Source: Deltaproteobacteria bacterium (GTDB lineage Bacteria > SAR324 > NAC60-12). From it: 14,508 nucleotides of DNA. The notes under the pieces were generated by a model. That model saw only the letters and a program-made list of their open reading frames with translations, made no database searches and had not been told where the DNA came from. Both the position numbers and the translations under genes were made by a program. The DNA lies in the NCBI GenBank assembly GCA_038150265.1, contig JAYOTF010000055.1, forward strand, positions 1-14,508, given 5' to 3'. Below are positions 1 to 7,375 of this stretch, piece after piece. How positions within the stretch are numbered: position 1 is the first letter of the stretch; the number at the start of each line of letters is the position of its first letter.

Positions 1-1
1 C

Positions 2-1141
2 CTTGTTGCTGGAAGCCCCGGTGATAACGATAGCGTAGATAATTCATACTATCGCGATACCCGTTTTGATATGCCAACAGGTCTCGCATATTACAATGGA
101 ACTGTTTTTATTGCCGATTATCGGAATCATACCATACGTGGTTTTGATCATAGCACCCCCTCCGTCGATACTGTTTCTGGGAAAGCTGATGAGCCGGGGA
201 ATATCCTTGGAACCAGTGAAAATGCTCGGTTTGACTCACCATTTGGGTTAGTTGCTGTAAGCTCAACAGCATCTCTTTATGTCTCAGAATCAAATCGAAT
301 CAGTCGAGTAGATATTTCCCCATTGAGCGGGTCATCTACCCTTCTTCATGGTCAACCTGTTGGTGAGAAAGTTCCATTTGTTGCGGACTCGAACATTGAT
401 AATTTGAGCTACATCGGGTGGGACAACTCCACTTTGGGCGATAATGAGACGCTCGCTGACAACAGAAGCAAGGATGGCATTGGGACCGCTGCCATCCTCG
501 ATGCCCCGAAAGGGCTCGTCATTGATGAAGATATGGAGGAATTTATATACTTCATCGATAACGAGACGATCCGTAAGGTTGAGCTGTCCACCGCAGAGGT
601 GACCACCATTGCCGGAGTCGCCGGTGACAATGGAAGCACGGATGACAACGGGACAGATGCTCGCTTCAATGGACCGATGGATCTGGTCTTTTTGGATAAC
701 GTTCTATATGTAGCGGACACCCTCAATCACACGATCCGTAAGGTCGAGTTCAGAACCCCAGATGAGGTTATCTTGGAGGTCCCAAAGGTGAGCACCCTTA
801 CCGGGCTTGCTGGTGACAATGGCAGCACAGATGGCACTTTTGCTGAGGCCCGTTTTTACCGGCCGTCAGGAATCACTGCCCTCCGTGGCTACCTGTACGT
901 GACGGATACGTATAACCACACAATCCGTCGGATTGATCTGGAAAACGAGGAAGTGACCACGATTGCGGGAGCCGTTGGTGACAACGATACGGTTAGCAGC
1001 GAAATGATGGGTGATGATAAGGCTCGTTTTAACGAGCCAATGGGGATCGTTGGTTACGATCCGGGAACTCAAGAGGTGTTTTTGTACGTCTCTAGTCAGA
1101 AAGCCCACACCCTACAAAAGATTCAGTGGTATCAATTGTAA
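2..1141 (+). CDS. NHL-repeat (beta-propeller) protein, likely secreted or surface-located; 5' end lies outside the window
   Basis: The frame is open from position 2 (LVAGSPGDNDSVDNSYYRDTRFD-MPTGL...), so the ATG at 71 is internal. Repeated NHL-like units: ARFxxPxG/DL...LYVADTxNHTIRK/R...VTTIAG. Stop TAA at 1139-1141. Confidence 0.85.
   Translation, partial: LVAGSPGDNDSVDNSYYRDTRFDMPTGLAYYNGTVFIADYRNHTIRGFDHSTPSVDTVSGKADEPGNILGTSENARFDSPFGLVAVSSTASLYVSESNRISRVDISPLSGSSTLLHGQPVGEKVPFVADSNIDNLSYIGWDNSTLGDNETLADNRSKDGIGTAAILDAPKGLVIDEDMEEFIYFIDNETIRKVELSTAEVTTIAGVAGDNGSTDDNGTDARFNGPMDLVFLDNVLYVADTLNHTIRKVEFRTPDEVILEVPKVSTLTGLAGDNGSTDGTFAEARFYRPSGITALRGYLYVTDTYNHTIRRIDLENEEVTTIAGAVGDNDTVSSEMMGDDKARFNEPMGIVGYDPGTQEVFLYVSSQKAHTLQKIQWYQL
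566..984 (+). repeat. Intragenic repeat units of the NHL blades, still visible at DNA level
   Basis: ACGATCCGTAAGGT at 566-579 and 731-744; GGTGACAATGG at 623-633 and 812-822; GGTGACAA at 977-984. Confidence 0.6.
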
Positions 1142-1212
1142 GTCTGCCTTGCTGCGAATGAGGGCGTGGTCGTTTTCCTCTAGGCAGTGAGCTCGCAGTT
1201 CTCTCATCACGT

Positions 1213-1239
1213 GACGGCCTCTCCGCAGAGAGCGCCGTC
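1213..1239. other. GC-rich intergenic stem-loop
   Basis: GACGGC-CTCTC-cgca-GAGAG-c-GCCGTC, an 11 bp stem with one bulge. On the minus strand the loop reads c(UGCG)g, a UNCG-type tetraloop. No U-tract follows. Confidence 0.45.
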
Positions 1240-1404
1240 CTCCGCACACCTACCCTCCCCAAGCAGGAAGCGTCGCCTTGGCGCTCCTGCATCTCTCCTT
1301 TCACCTTCCTGACGCATCCTGAAGCTTGCGGTCCCTTGCTGCCTCCGCTAGCCTCAATACGTTTCTTCATCAAACGTAACCTCTTTTTTCAGGCTGAGAA
1401 CAAC

Positions 1405-2220
1405 ATGAAGTACCGAGTGTGGGGGCTGATTGCCCTGAGCTGGCTGGTGGTAGGGTGCAGTGGCAGCGTGGTCCGGACACTGGCGCCGGAGGCGGTCAGT
1501 GAGACCCGCATCAATCAGGAATCCGCCAAGTCCTACAAGCAGGTCATTGCCGAGTCCAAGCTCTCGACGGATCAGCGTCGGGTCGCACTGGTGAAGCGGG
1601 TGGGCCAGCGCATTGCGAAGGCCTCCGGAGAGCCCTTTGACTGGGAGATTGAGCTGATTGAAAGTCCGGAGCTGAACGCGTGGTGCATGCCGGGGGGGAA
1701 GATTGCGGTCTACACGGGCATCCTGGATGTGCTGGAGACGGAAGCGGCGCTGGCTGCCGTGATGGGACACGAGGTGGCACATGCCACCCGACGGCATGGC
1801 ATGAAGGGGTACGCGAAGGCGATTGAGAACCAACTGGCCACTGCCGCGGTGGTGGGGGTGGCCGTGGTCGCGGCAGAGGCGTATTGTCAGAGCGAGCAGT
1901 GCAAGACCCTGGCAAAGGTCGGAGGCGCTGCTGGCGCACTGGGGTTGGCCTTCTTCCAGCGCAAGTACAGCCGAGACGATGAGACCGATGCCGACCGTTA
2001 CGGGCAGATCTACATGGCACGGGCCGGGTACGATCCGGCAGAAGCCAGCCGCGTCTGGGACCGCATGGCCAAGGCCACCGGTGGAGGCGGAGGGCCGGAG
2101 TTCATGTCCACGCACCCGAGCCATGAAAACCGGAAGAAGCGCCTCAGCGAGTGGCTTCCGGAAACGCGGGCGCTTTACCAGAAGGCGCCAAAGCAGTATG
2201 GCCTTGGCGAGAAGCTTTAG
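1405..2220 (+). CDS. M48 family zinc metallopeptidase, lipoprotein (LoiP/YggG/BepA-like)
   Basis: MKYR start, hydrophobic stretch and lipobox LVVG-C. Family motifs NAWCMPGGKIAVYTG, HEVAH (HExxH), YSRDDETDAD, AGYDP and FMSTHP. ATG at 1405 is preferred over the TTG at 1336. Confidence 0.92.
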   Translation: MKYRVWGLIALSWLVVGCSGSVVRTLAPEAVSETRINQESAKSYKQVIAESKLSTDQRRVALVKRVGQRIAKASGEPFDWEIELIESPELNAWCMPGGKIAVYTGILDVLETEAALAAVMGHEVAHATRRHGMKGYAKAIENQLATAAVVGVAVVAAEAYCQSEQCKTLAKVGGAAGALGLAFFQRKYSRDDETDADRYGQIYMARAGYDPAEASRVWDRMAKATGGGGGPEFMSTHPSHENRKKRLSEWLPETRALYQKAPKQYGLGEKL

Positions 2221-2699
2221 GGGCGTTTTCGGGTGAGCAGGAAAACCGGTTGGCCGTGGTGGCAGACCTCCGCATGTCGGGTCCACCCGAGCGGCTCGTA
2301 GTAAGAGGCCTGCCCTTCAGTCAAAAGGTACAGCTGCCGAAAGCCCTGCTCCCACGCAAAGGCTTCCAGCGCTCGGACCAGTTGCCGCCCCAGCCCCTGC
2401 TGGCGGAAGGGGGGCAGGACGTACAGGCTGGCCAACCAGGGGCCCAGGTGCTGATACTCCGGAGGGAAATCAGGAGGCAGCTCCTCTTCCAGCAGCGCAA
2501 TGCTGCCCCGTAGCTCCGCGCCCTCACAGGCCACAAGGGTCGTGGGCACCGTCCGGCGACAGGCGTGGTCCTGCACCTCGGCGACGGCCTCCTCCAGCGT
2601 CCAGAACGGCGCATAGAGCGCCCCCCACTCGGCATGATGGAGCCGCGCCAGTGGCTCCGCAAGGTGGGGGTGATCGGCGAGGAATTCCAGCGTGATCAA
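2217..2699 (-). CDS. GNAT family N-acetyltransferase
   Basis: PWLASLYVLPPFRQQGLGRQLV (acetyl-CoA motif A) and LYLLT...YYEPLGW. The TTG start overlaps the upstream stop (TTGA). Confidence 0.88.
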   Translation of the reverse strand: MITLEFLADHPHLAEPLARLHHAEWGALYAPFWTLEEAVAEVQDHACRRTVPTTLVACEGAELRGSIALLEEELPPDFPPEYQHLGPWLASLYVLPPFRQQGLGRQLVRALEAFAWEQGFRQLYLLTEGQASYYEPLGWTRHAEVCHHGQPVFLLTRKRP

Positions 2700-3040
2700 C
2701 CGTGATCCCGCTTCTTCCAGGCGCTGATGCGCAGCTCCCAGTCTTCCATCAATCCTGCCTCAATGCGGTAGTTGCGGCTGTCCACCACCACCGTTTGACC
2801 GTCTCCCGGCACCGGGTGGACGTCATCGAGGGCCCGTTGCAGCTTGGCAAAGCCCACCGTGGTGCACCACTCCAGGAGGCCGTGCATGATCCGGCGGTCC
2901 CGGAAGTGGTGGTCCTGCTTGCCCTGAAAGGGGTCAGGAAGGTGAAGGCTGGCAGGCAGGGAAACCTCTCCCCCCCAAATGGCAAGGGGAGGGGAGTCAA
3001 AGTGACGGATCCAGCCTCGTTCCAGAGTGACGGCGGTCAT
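2696..3040 (-). CDS. Hypothetical protein (114 aa, MTAVTLERGW...KKRDHG)
   Basis: Fills the gap exactly. Its ATG (3040) overlaps the phosphorylase stop (ATGA) and its TGA overlaps the GNAT TTG start, consistent with translational coupling. Confidence 0.7.
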   Translation of the reverse strand: MTAVTLERGWIRHFDSPPLAIWGGEVSLPASLHLPDPFQGKQDHHFRDRRIMHGLLEWCTTVGFAKLQRALDDVHPVPGDGQTVVVDSRNYRIEAGLMEDWELRISAWKKRDHG

Positions 3041-3807
3041 AATCCCATTACCGAGTGGGCACAGGAGCAGTGCTGTTGATGAAGGGGCTGCTGAAAGACG
3101 TCCAGGCAGAGCCGGGTGGCTCGGTCGCGACACTGCTCCAGTGCCGCCTGAATGTCTTCCAGGGTGATCGGAACTTCCTCCAGTCCGGAGGCCATGTTGA
3201 CAACCAGGCCAAGGGCGGCATAGCACAGCCCCAGCTCCTTGGCGAGCACGACCTCCGGGACATTGGTCATGCCCACCAGGTCGGCGCCCCACCCCCGGAA
3301 CATGCGGATCTCTGCGGGCGTCTCAAAGCGGGGGCCTTCGGTGCAGAGGTAAACCCCGGAGCCCGCAAGGGGGATCTCGAGCCGATCGGCAGCGGCGGTC
3401 AGTTGCCTCCGGAGCTCTGGACAGTAGGGCTCCTCCAGCCCAACGTGTCGGACCTGCCCATCAGCGCCCTCAAAGAACGTCCGGGCCCGCCCCTGTGTGA
3501 AGTCGAGGAAGTCGGCAGCGAGAACGAGGTCTCCCGGACGAAACGCCGGATTGAGCGAGCCGACGGCTGCTGTGGCCAACACGTGGGTGACGCCCAGCTG
3601 CTGGAGCGCCTTCAGGTTGGCCCGGTAGTTGATGCGGTGCGGAGGAACCGAGTGACCCTTTCCGTGCCGGGCCAGGAAAGCGACCTCCTCTCCGCCGAGT
3701 TCCACCACATCGACGGACACGTCTCCATACGGGGTGGCCACCTGCTCCACCCGAGCCGGTGTGCCGCTGCCGTAAACGCCGGTGCCCCCAATCATTGCCT
3801 TGTTCAT
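3037..3807 (-). CDS. mtnP: MTAP-family purine nucleoside phosphorylase, probably S-methyl-5'-thioinosine / 6-oxopurine specific
   Basis: MIGGTG, TPYG, FLARHGKGHSVPPHRINYRAN, AVGSL, EGPRFETPAEI, GADLVGMT..PE..LAKELGLCY, and a C-terminal CxC. An alternative start lies at 3819. Confidence 0.9.
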   Translation of the reverse strand: MNKAMIGGTGVYGSGTPARVEQVATPYGDVSVDVVELGGEEVAFLARHGKGHSVPPHRINYRANLKALQQLGVTHVLATAAVGSLNPAFRPGDLVLAADFLDFTQGRARTFFEGADGQVRHVGLEEPYCPELRRQLTAAADRLEIPLAGSGVYLCTEGPRFETPAEIRMFRGWGADLVGMTNVPEVVLAKELGLCYAALGLVVNMASGLEEVPITLEDIQAALEQCRDRATRLCLDVFQQPLHQQHCSCAHSVMGL

Positions 3808-3903
3808 CCGTCTGCCCATGCGAGGGGTTAAATGCTCATTAGCTTAGTCGGGGGCCGAGGAGGAACAAGCTGAAAGCCACCTGCAGGAGGTGTGAAAAAG
3901 CTC

Positions 3904-3936
3904 TTCCCATTTGAAGGCCAAGCTCCTAGACTATTT
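3904..3936 (+). promoter_or_regulatory. Candidate htpG promoter, sigma70-like and/or RpoH-like
   Basis: TTCCCA-N17-TAGACT (3904-3932) overlaps TTGAAG-N13-ACTATTT (3911-3936), which resembles heat-shock sigma promoters. No CIRCE element was found. Confidence 0.3.
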
Positions 3937-3996
3937 GGTTAATCTCACCAGAGAATTCACGCTGAAGCCTGATTCATCAATTACCCAATCAAGACC

Positions 3997-5877
3997 ATGA
4001 GTGAAGCAAAACAAGGAGCCGAAGTTCATCAGTACCAAGCCGAGATGCAGAAGCTGCTCGACATCCTCGTCCACTCCCTCTACACCGAGCGGGAGATCTT
4101 CCTGCGGGAGCTGATCTCCAACGCCTCGGATGCCCTGAGCAAGGTGCAGTTTGAGGCGCTGACGCAAGAGGGGTTGGTGAGCGGCGACCAGGAGCTGGAG
4201 GTCCGGCTCGCATTTGATGACACGGCCAACACCCTGGAGGTGATCGACAACGGCTGCGGCCTCACGAAGCAGGAGCTGATCGACAACCTCGGCACCATTG
4301 CCAGCTCCGGCACCCTCAAGTTCCTCAAGCAGGCTCAGGAAAGCCAGCAGTCGGTCGAGAACCTGATTGGCCAGTTCGGAGTGGGCTTCTACTCCGTCTT
4401 CATGGTGGCCGACCGGGTGGAGCTGGTGACCCGCTCCTGGAAGGAAGACGAAGCAGGCTGGATGTGGAGCTCCGATGGCTCCGGAAGCTACACCCTGACG
4501 CCAATGGACGTCTCGGAGCGCGGCACCCGCGTCAAGCTCTTCCTCAAGGAAGACGCGAAGGAGTTCTGTGCCGAATACCGGATGGAGTCGATTGTGAAGC
4601 GTTACTCCAACTACGTCCCCTTCCCCGTGAAGATCAAGGACCGGGTGCTCAACCAGGTCAAGGCCCTGTGGACGCAGTCGCGCTCCAGTGTGGAGGAAGC
4701 GGAGTATGAGGAGTTCTACAAGCACATTGCTCACGAGATGGAAGGGCCGCTGCACACCCTGCACTTCTCGATTGATGCCCCGCTGCAGTTCCACGCCCTG
4801 CTCTTCTTCCCCAAGAAGGTCTCCAACGAGATCCTCTACGCCCGGGAGAGTCGCGGCATTGCGCTCTATGCGCAAAAGGTGCTCATTCAGCCCGACAACA
4901 AGAACCTGCTGCCGCCGTACCTGCGCTTTGTGCAGGGGGTGGTGGACTCCGAGGACCTGCCTCTGAACGTCTCCCGGGAGTCGGTGCAGCAGAATGCCCT
5001 CATTGAGCGCATCAAGAAGAGCCTCACCTCCCGCGTGCTCAAGGAGCTGCAAACCCTGGCCGATCAGCACAGCGACACCTACCTCTCCCTCTGGAAGGCC
5101 TACGGCAGCCTCCTCAAGGAAGGGGCGGCCCAGGACTTTGGGAACCGCGAGAAGCTGATGGACCTGCTCCGCTTCAACTCCACCATCTGTGAAGACGCGG
5201 AGCCCACGGTGACGCTGAAGGACTACGTGTCCCGGATGCGGGACGGGCAGAAGGAAATTTACTACGCCCTCGGCAGCACCCGGGAATCGCTGCTCTATCA
5301 CCCGAACCTGGAGTACTTCAAGAAGCAGGGGCTCGAGGTCCTCTTCCTCCTCGACCAGATTGACGAATTCGTCATGACCGACCTGCGCGAGTACGACGGG
5401 AAGCCCTTCAAGAGCATCTCGCAGGCCGACATTGAGAACATGGAAGACGTCCGGGAAAAGCCCGAGACCGAGCTTTCGGACGAAGAGAAGAGCGACCTGC
5501 TCAGCTTCTTCAAGGAGCAGCTGGGCGAGCGGGTGCAGGACGTGGTTGAGTCCAAGCGCCTGGTGGGCAGCCCCTGCTCCCTGATTGACTCGCGAGACGG
5601 CATGAGCGCGCAGATGGAGCGCATGATGAAGATGATGAACCAGGAGGTCGAGACGCAGAAGCGGACCCTCGAGCTGAACCTGGGGCATCCGGTCATGCAG
5701 AACCTCTCCACGCTCCTGCAGAAGCAAAAGAGCCACGAGTTCCTCCCGGAAGCCGTGGAACAGCTCTACCTGAACGCGTTGCTGGTGGAGGGCTTGCTGG
5801 AGAATCCGGTGGAGATGCTGCCGCGCATCAATCGCCTGCTCGCCGATGCCTCAGCCTTCCAGCTCAAGGACGCCTGA
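3997..5877 (+). CDS. htpG: Molecular chaperone HtpG (Hsp90)
   Basis: YQAEM..LL..LVHSLY..REIFLRELISNASDAL, DNGCG, NLGTIASSGT, IGQFGVGFYSVFMVAD, YLRFVQGVVDSEDLPLNVSRE; 626 aa. Confidence 0.98.
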   Translation: MSEAKQGAEVHQYQAEMQKLLDILVHSLYTEREIFLRELISNASDALSKVQFEALTQEGLVSGDQELEVRLAFDDTANTLEVIDNGCGLTKQELIDNLGTIASSGTLKFLKQAQESQQSVENLIGQFGVGFYSVFMVADRVELVTRSWKEDEAGWMWSSDGSGSYTLTPMDVSERGTRVKLFLKEDAKEFCAEYRMESIVKRYSNYVPFPVKIKDRVLNQVKALWTQSRSSVEEAEYEEFYKHIAHEMEGPLHTLHFSIDAPLQFHALLFFPKKVSNEILYARESRGIALYAQKVLIQPDNKNLLPPYLRFVQGVVDSEDLPLNVSRESVQQNALIERIKKSLTSRVLKELQTLADQHSDTYLSLWKAYGSLLKEGAAQDFGNREKLMDLLRFNSTICEDAEPTVTLKDYVSRMRDGQKEIYYALGSTRESLLYHPNLEYFKKQGLEVLFLLDQIDEFVMTDLREYDGKPFKSISQADIENMEDVREKPETELSDEEKSDLLSFFKEQLGERVQDVVESKRLVGSPCSLIDSRDGMSAQMERMMKMMNQEVETQKRTLELNLGHPVMQNLSTLLQKQKSHEFLPEAVEQLYLNALLVEGLLENPVEMLPRINRLLADASAFQLKDA

Positions 5878-5902
5878 GCGGCACCCGCCGAGCGTGAGGA
5901 GG

Positions 5903-6379
5903 TCAGTTCAGCAGGTAACGCTGCGAGCGGTCCTCCTCCAGTTCCAGAAGCCGGGTTTCGTAGTCCCGGAGGGCCTCATCAATCTGGTCGGAGTAGTCCC
6001 GGAGTTCCTGCAGACGCTGCTGAATCACCTTGAGCAGCTCCTCATGCTGATTCGAGTGGGAAGGGTGGTTCCGGACCCGGCTCAGGAGCCCGTCACATTG
6101 CTGCGTGACTCCATCGAGCTGTTCCCGTAGGGTAAAGAGGTTGAAGGTGTTGCGTTCTTCCGGAGAAAGCGTCAGGTCCGGGTTGGGCTGATCCCGGGCG
6201 GTTTTGAGGTACTCCCCATTGGCCTCCATGAATTTGGAAATGCGCGCCAGCACCTCCTGGTACTGCTCCGCCAGGTGGTCACATTCCCGCCGGTACCGTT
6301 TCAGGTCCCGAAGGGTCGCAAAGGGCAGGAATTGGTGAAACAGGCGGGTGAGGGACCTGAAGACAGATTTCATGAGCAT
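5903..6379 (-). CDS. Hypothetical alpha-helical / coiled-coil protein (158 aa)
   Basis: ORF with a GGGGG ribosome-binding site before the ATG, heptad-like L/I spacing and high E/Q/R content. It has its own near-consensus promoter. Confidence 0.72.
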   Translation of the reverse strand: MLMKSVFRSLTRLFHQFLPFATLRDLKRYRRECDHLAEQYQEVLARISKFMEANGEYLKTARDQPNPDLTLSPEERNTFNLFTLREQLDGVTQQCDGLLSRVRNHPSHSNQHEELLKVIQQRLQELRDYSDQIDEALRDYETRLLELEEDRSQRYLLN

Positions 6380-6408
6380 ACCCCCGATTAATCACGAAAT
6401 TTTCCTTA

Positions 6409-6437
6409 AAATTAGAGAAGTGTTGGCGCATTGTCAA
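6409..6437 (-). promoter_or_regulatory. Sigma70 promoter for the 6379 hypothetical gene
   Basis: Minus strand reads TTGACA (6437-6432), 17 nt, TAATTT (6414-6409), in an AT-rich divergent intergenic region about 30 nt upstream of the ATG. Confidence 0.65.
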
Positions 6438-6444
6438 CGCGCCA
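6424..6444. promoter_or_regulatory. Palindromic candidate operator overlapping the -35 box
   Basis: TGGCGC-A-TTG-T-CAA-C-GCGCCA; 9 of 10 arm positions are complementary. Confidence 0.4.
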
Positions 6445-6471
6445 CTTGTTCCTATTTGTAGAGCATCTCCT

Positions 6472-7347
6472 ATGACAGTTTCCATGACGGGCTTTGGCTC
6501 CGCCAGCATTGAGCAAAATGGGTGGGCCTGTACGGCTGAAGTCCGCTCGGTGAATCAACGCTTCCTTGACCTCCGGGTCCGGTTGCCTCAGGGCTTTCAG
6601 GGACTCGAAGGGGAGTTCCGGGAGCAGATCAAGCAGGTGTGCGCCCGGGGGAAGGTGGAGTGCTCGCTCAAGCTCGAAGGCGCCAGTGGCACCGAGGAGC
6701 AGTGGACGATCAATGCGTCGGCTGCCGAGCAGTTGCATCAGGCCCTGGCCCGGTTTGAGGAGCAGACGGGACGAGCCGTGACCCTGAACCTCCGGGACCT
6801 CACTCAGGTTCCGGGGCTGCTGGAGCAAAAACAACTGGAGCTTTCCTCGGAAGCAGGAGAGGGTTTGTTGCGGAAGGCGCTGACCGAGGCCCTTCAGGTG
6901 ATGCAGCAGATGCGCGAGCGCGAAGGCCAGGCCCTGCAGCACGACGTCACCAGCCGCCTGAGCCGGTGCCAGGGACTGGTTCAGGAAATCTCGGGGTGGT
7001 CGTCAGAGATTCCTTCGAGCTACCACAAGCGTCTGGAAGAAAACCTGGCGGCCTTCACCCAGGGAAGTGGGTTGCCGGAGGAGCGGTTGCTGCAGGAGGT
7101 GGCGCTCATGGCCGACAAGGTGGACATCAGCGAGGAGCTGGTTCGCTTTGAAACCCATGTGCAGCACATGACCGAGTTGCTCGCGCAGCCCAACTCCGGG
7201 AAGAAGGCGGAGTTCCTGCTCCAGGAGCTGAACCGGGAGGTCAATACCATGGCCTCAAAGTCGGGCCACGCAGGCATCAGCCGGGCCACGGTGGAGATCA
7301 AGAGCGAGCTTGAGAAGATCCGCGAACAGATTCAGAACATCGAGTAA
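6472..7347 (+). CDS. yicC: YicC/YloC family endoribonuclease
   Basis: N-terminal SMTGFG, EVRSVNQRFLD, RGKVEC, KVDISEELVRF, GKKAEFLLQELNREVNTMASK, and C-terminal LEKIREQIQNIE. Confidence 0.95.
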   Translation: MTVSMTGFGSASIEQNGWACTAEVRSVNQRFLDLRVRLPQGFQGLEGEFREQIKQVCARGKVECSLKLEGASGTEEQWTINASAAEQLHQALARFEEQTGRAVTLNLRDLTQVPGLLEQKQLELSSEAGEGLLRKALTEALQVMQQMREREGQALQHDVTSRLSRCQGLVQEISGWSSEIPSSYHKRLEENLAAFTQGSGLPEERLLQEVALMADKVDISEELVRFETHVQHMTELLAQPNSGKKAEFLLQELNREVNTMASKSGHAGISRATVEIKSELEKIREQIQNIE

Positions 7348-7375
7348 TTTCACCATCGAGTCACCCAGGGGGCGT

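Noticed and set aside
566..984. Short direct repeats as a CRISPR or DGR-type array
   Set aside because: They are in-frame parts of NHL blades with irregular spacing, and no cas or reverse transcriptase gene is present.
1092..1373. 93-aa minus-strand ORF in the intergenic region
   Set aside because: Low-complexity R/G/S composition, overlap with the NHL gene end, and no family resemblance. It cannot be fully excluded.
3820..3996. CIRCE/HrcA operator upstream of htpG
   Set aside because: No TTAGCACTC-N9-GAGTGCTAA-like sequence is present.
3931..5736. 601-aa ORF antisense to htpG
   Set aside because: It is the codon-register mirror of a strongly biased GC-rich gene; avoidance of TTA/CTA/TCA on the sense strand removes antisense stops. 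No recognisable domain.
6424..6444. Sigma54 promoter suggested by TGGCGC
   Set aside because: No GC dinucleotide at the required GG-N10-GC spacing on either strand.
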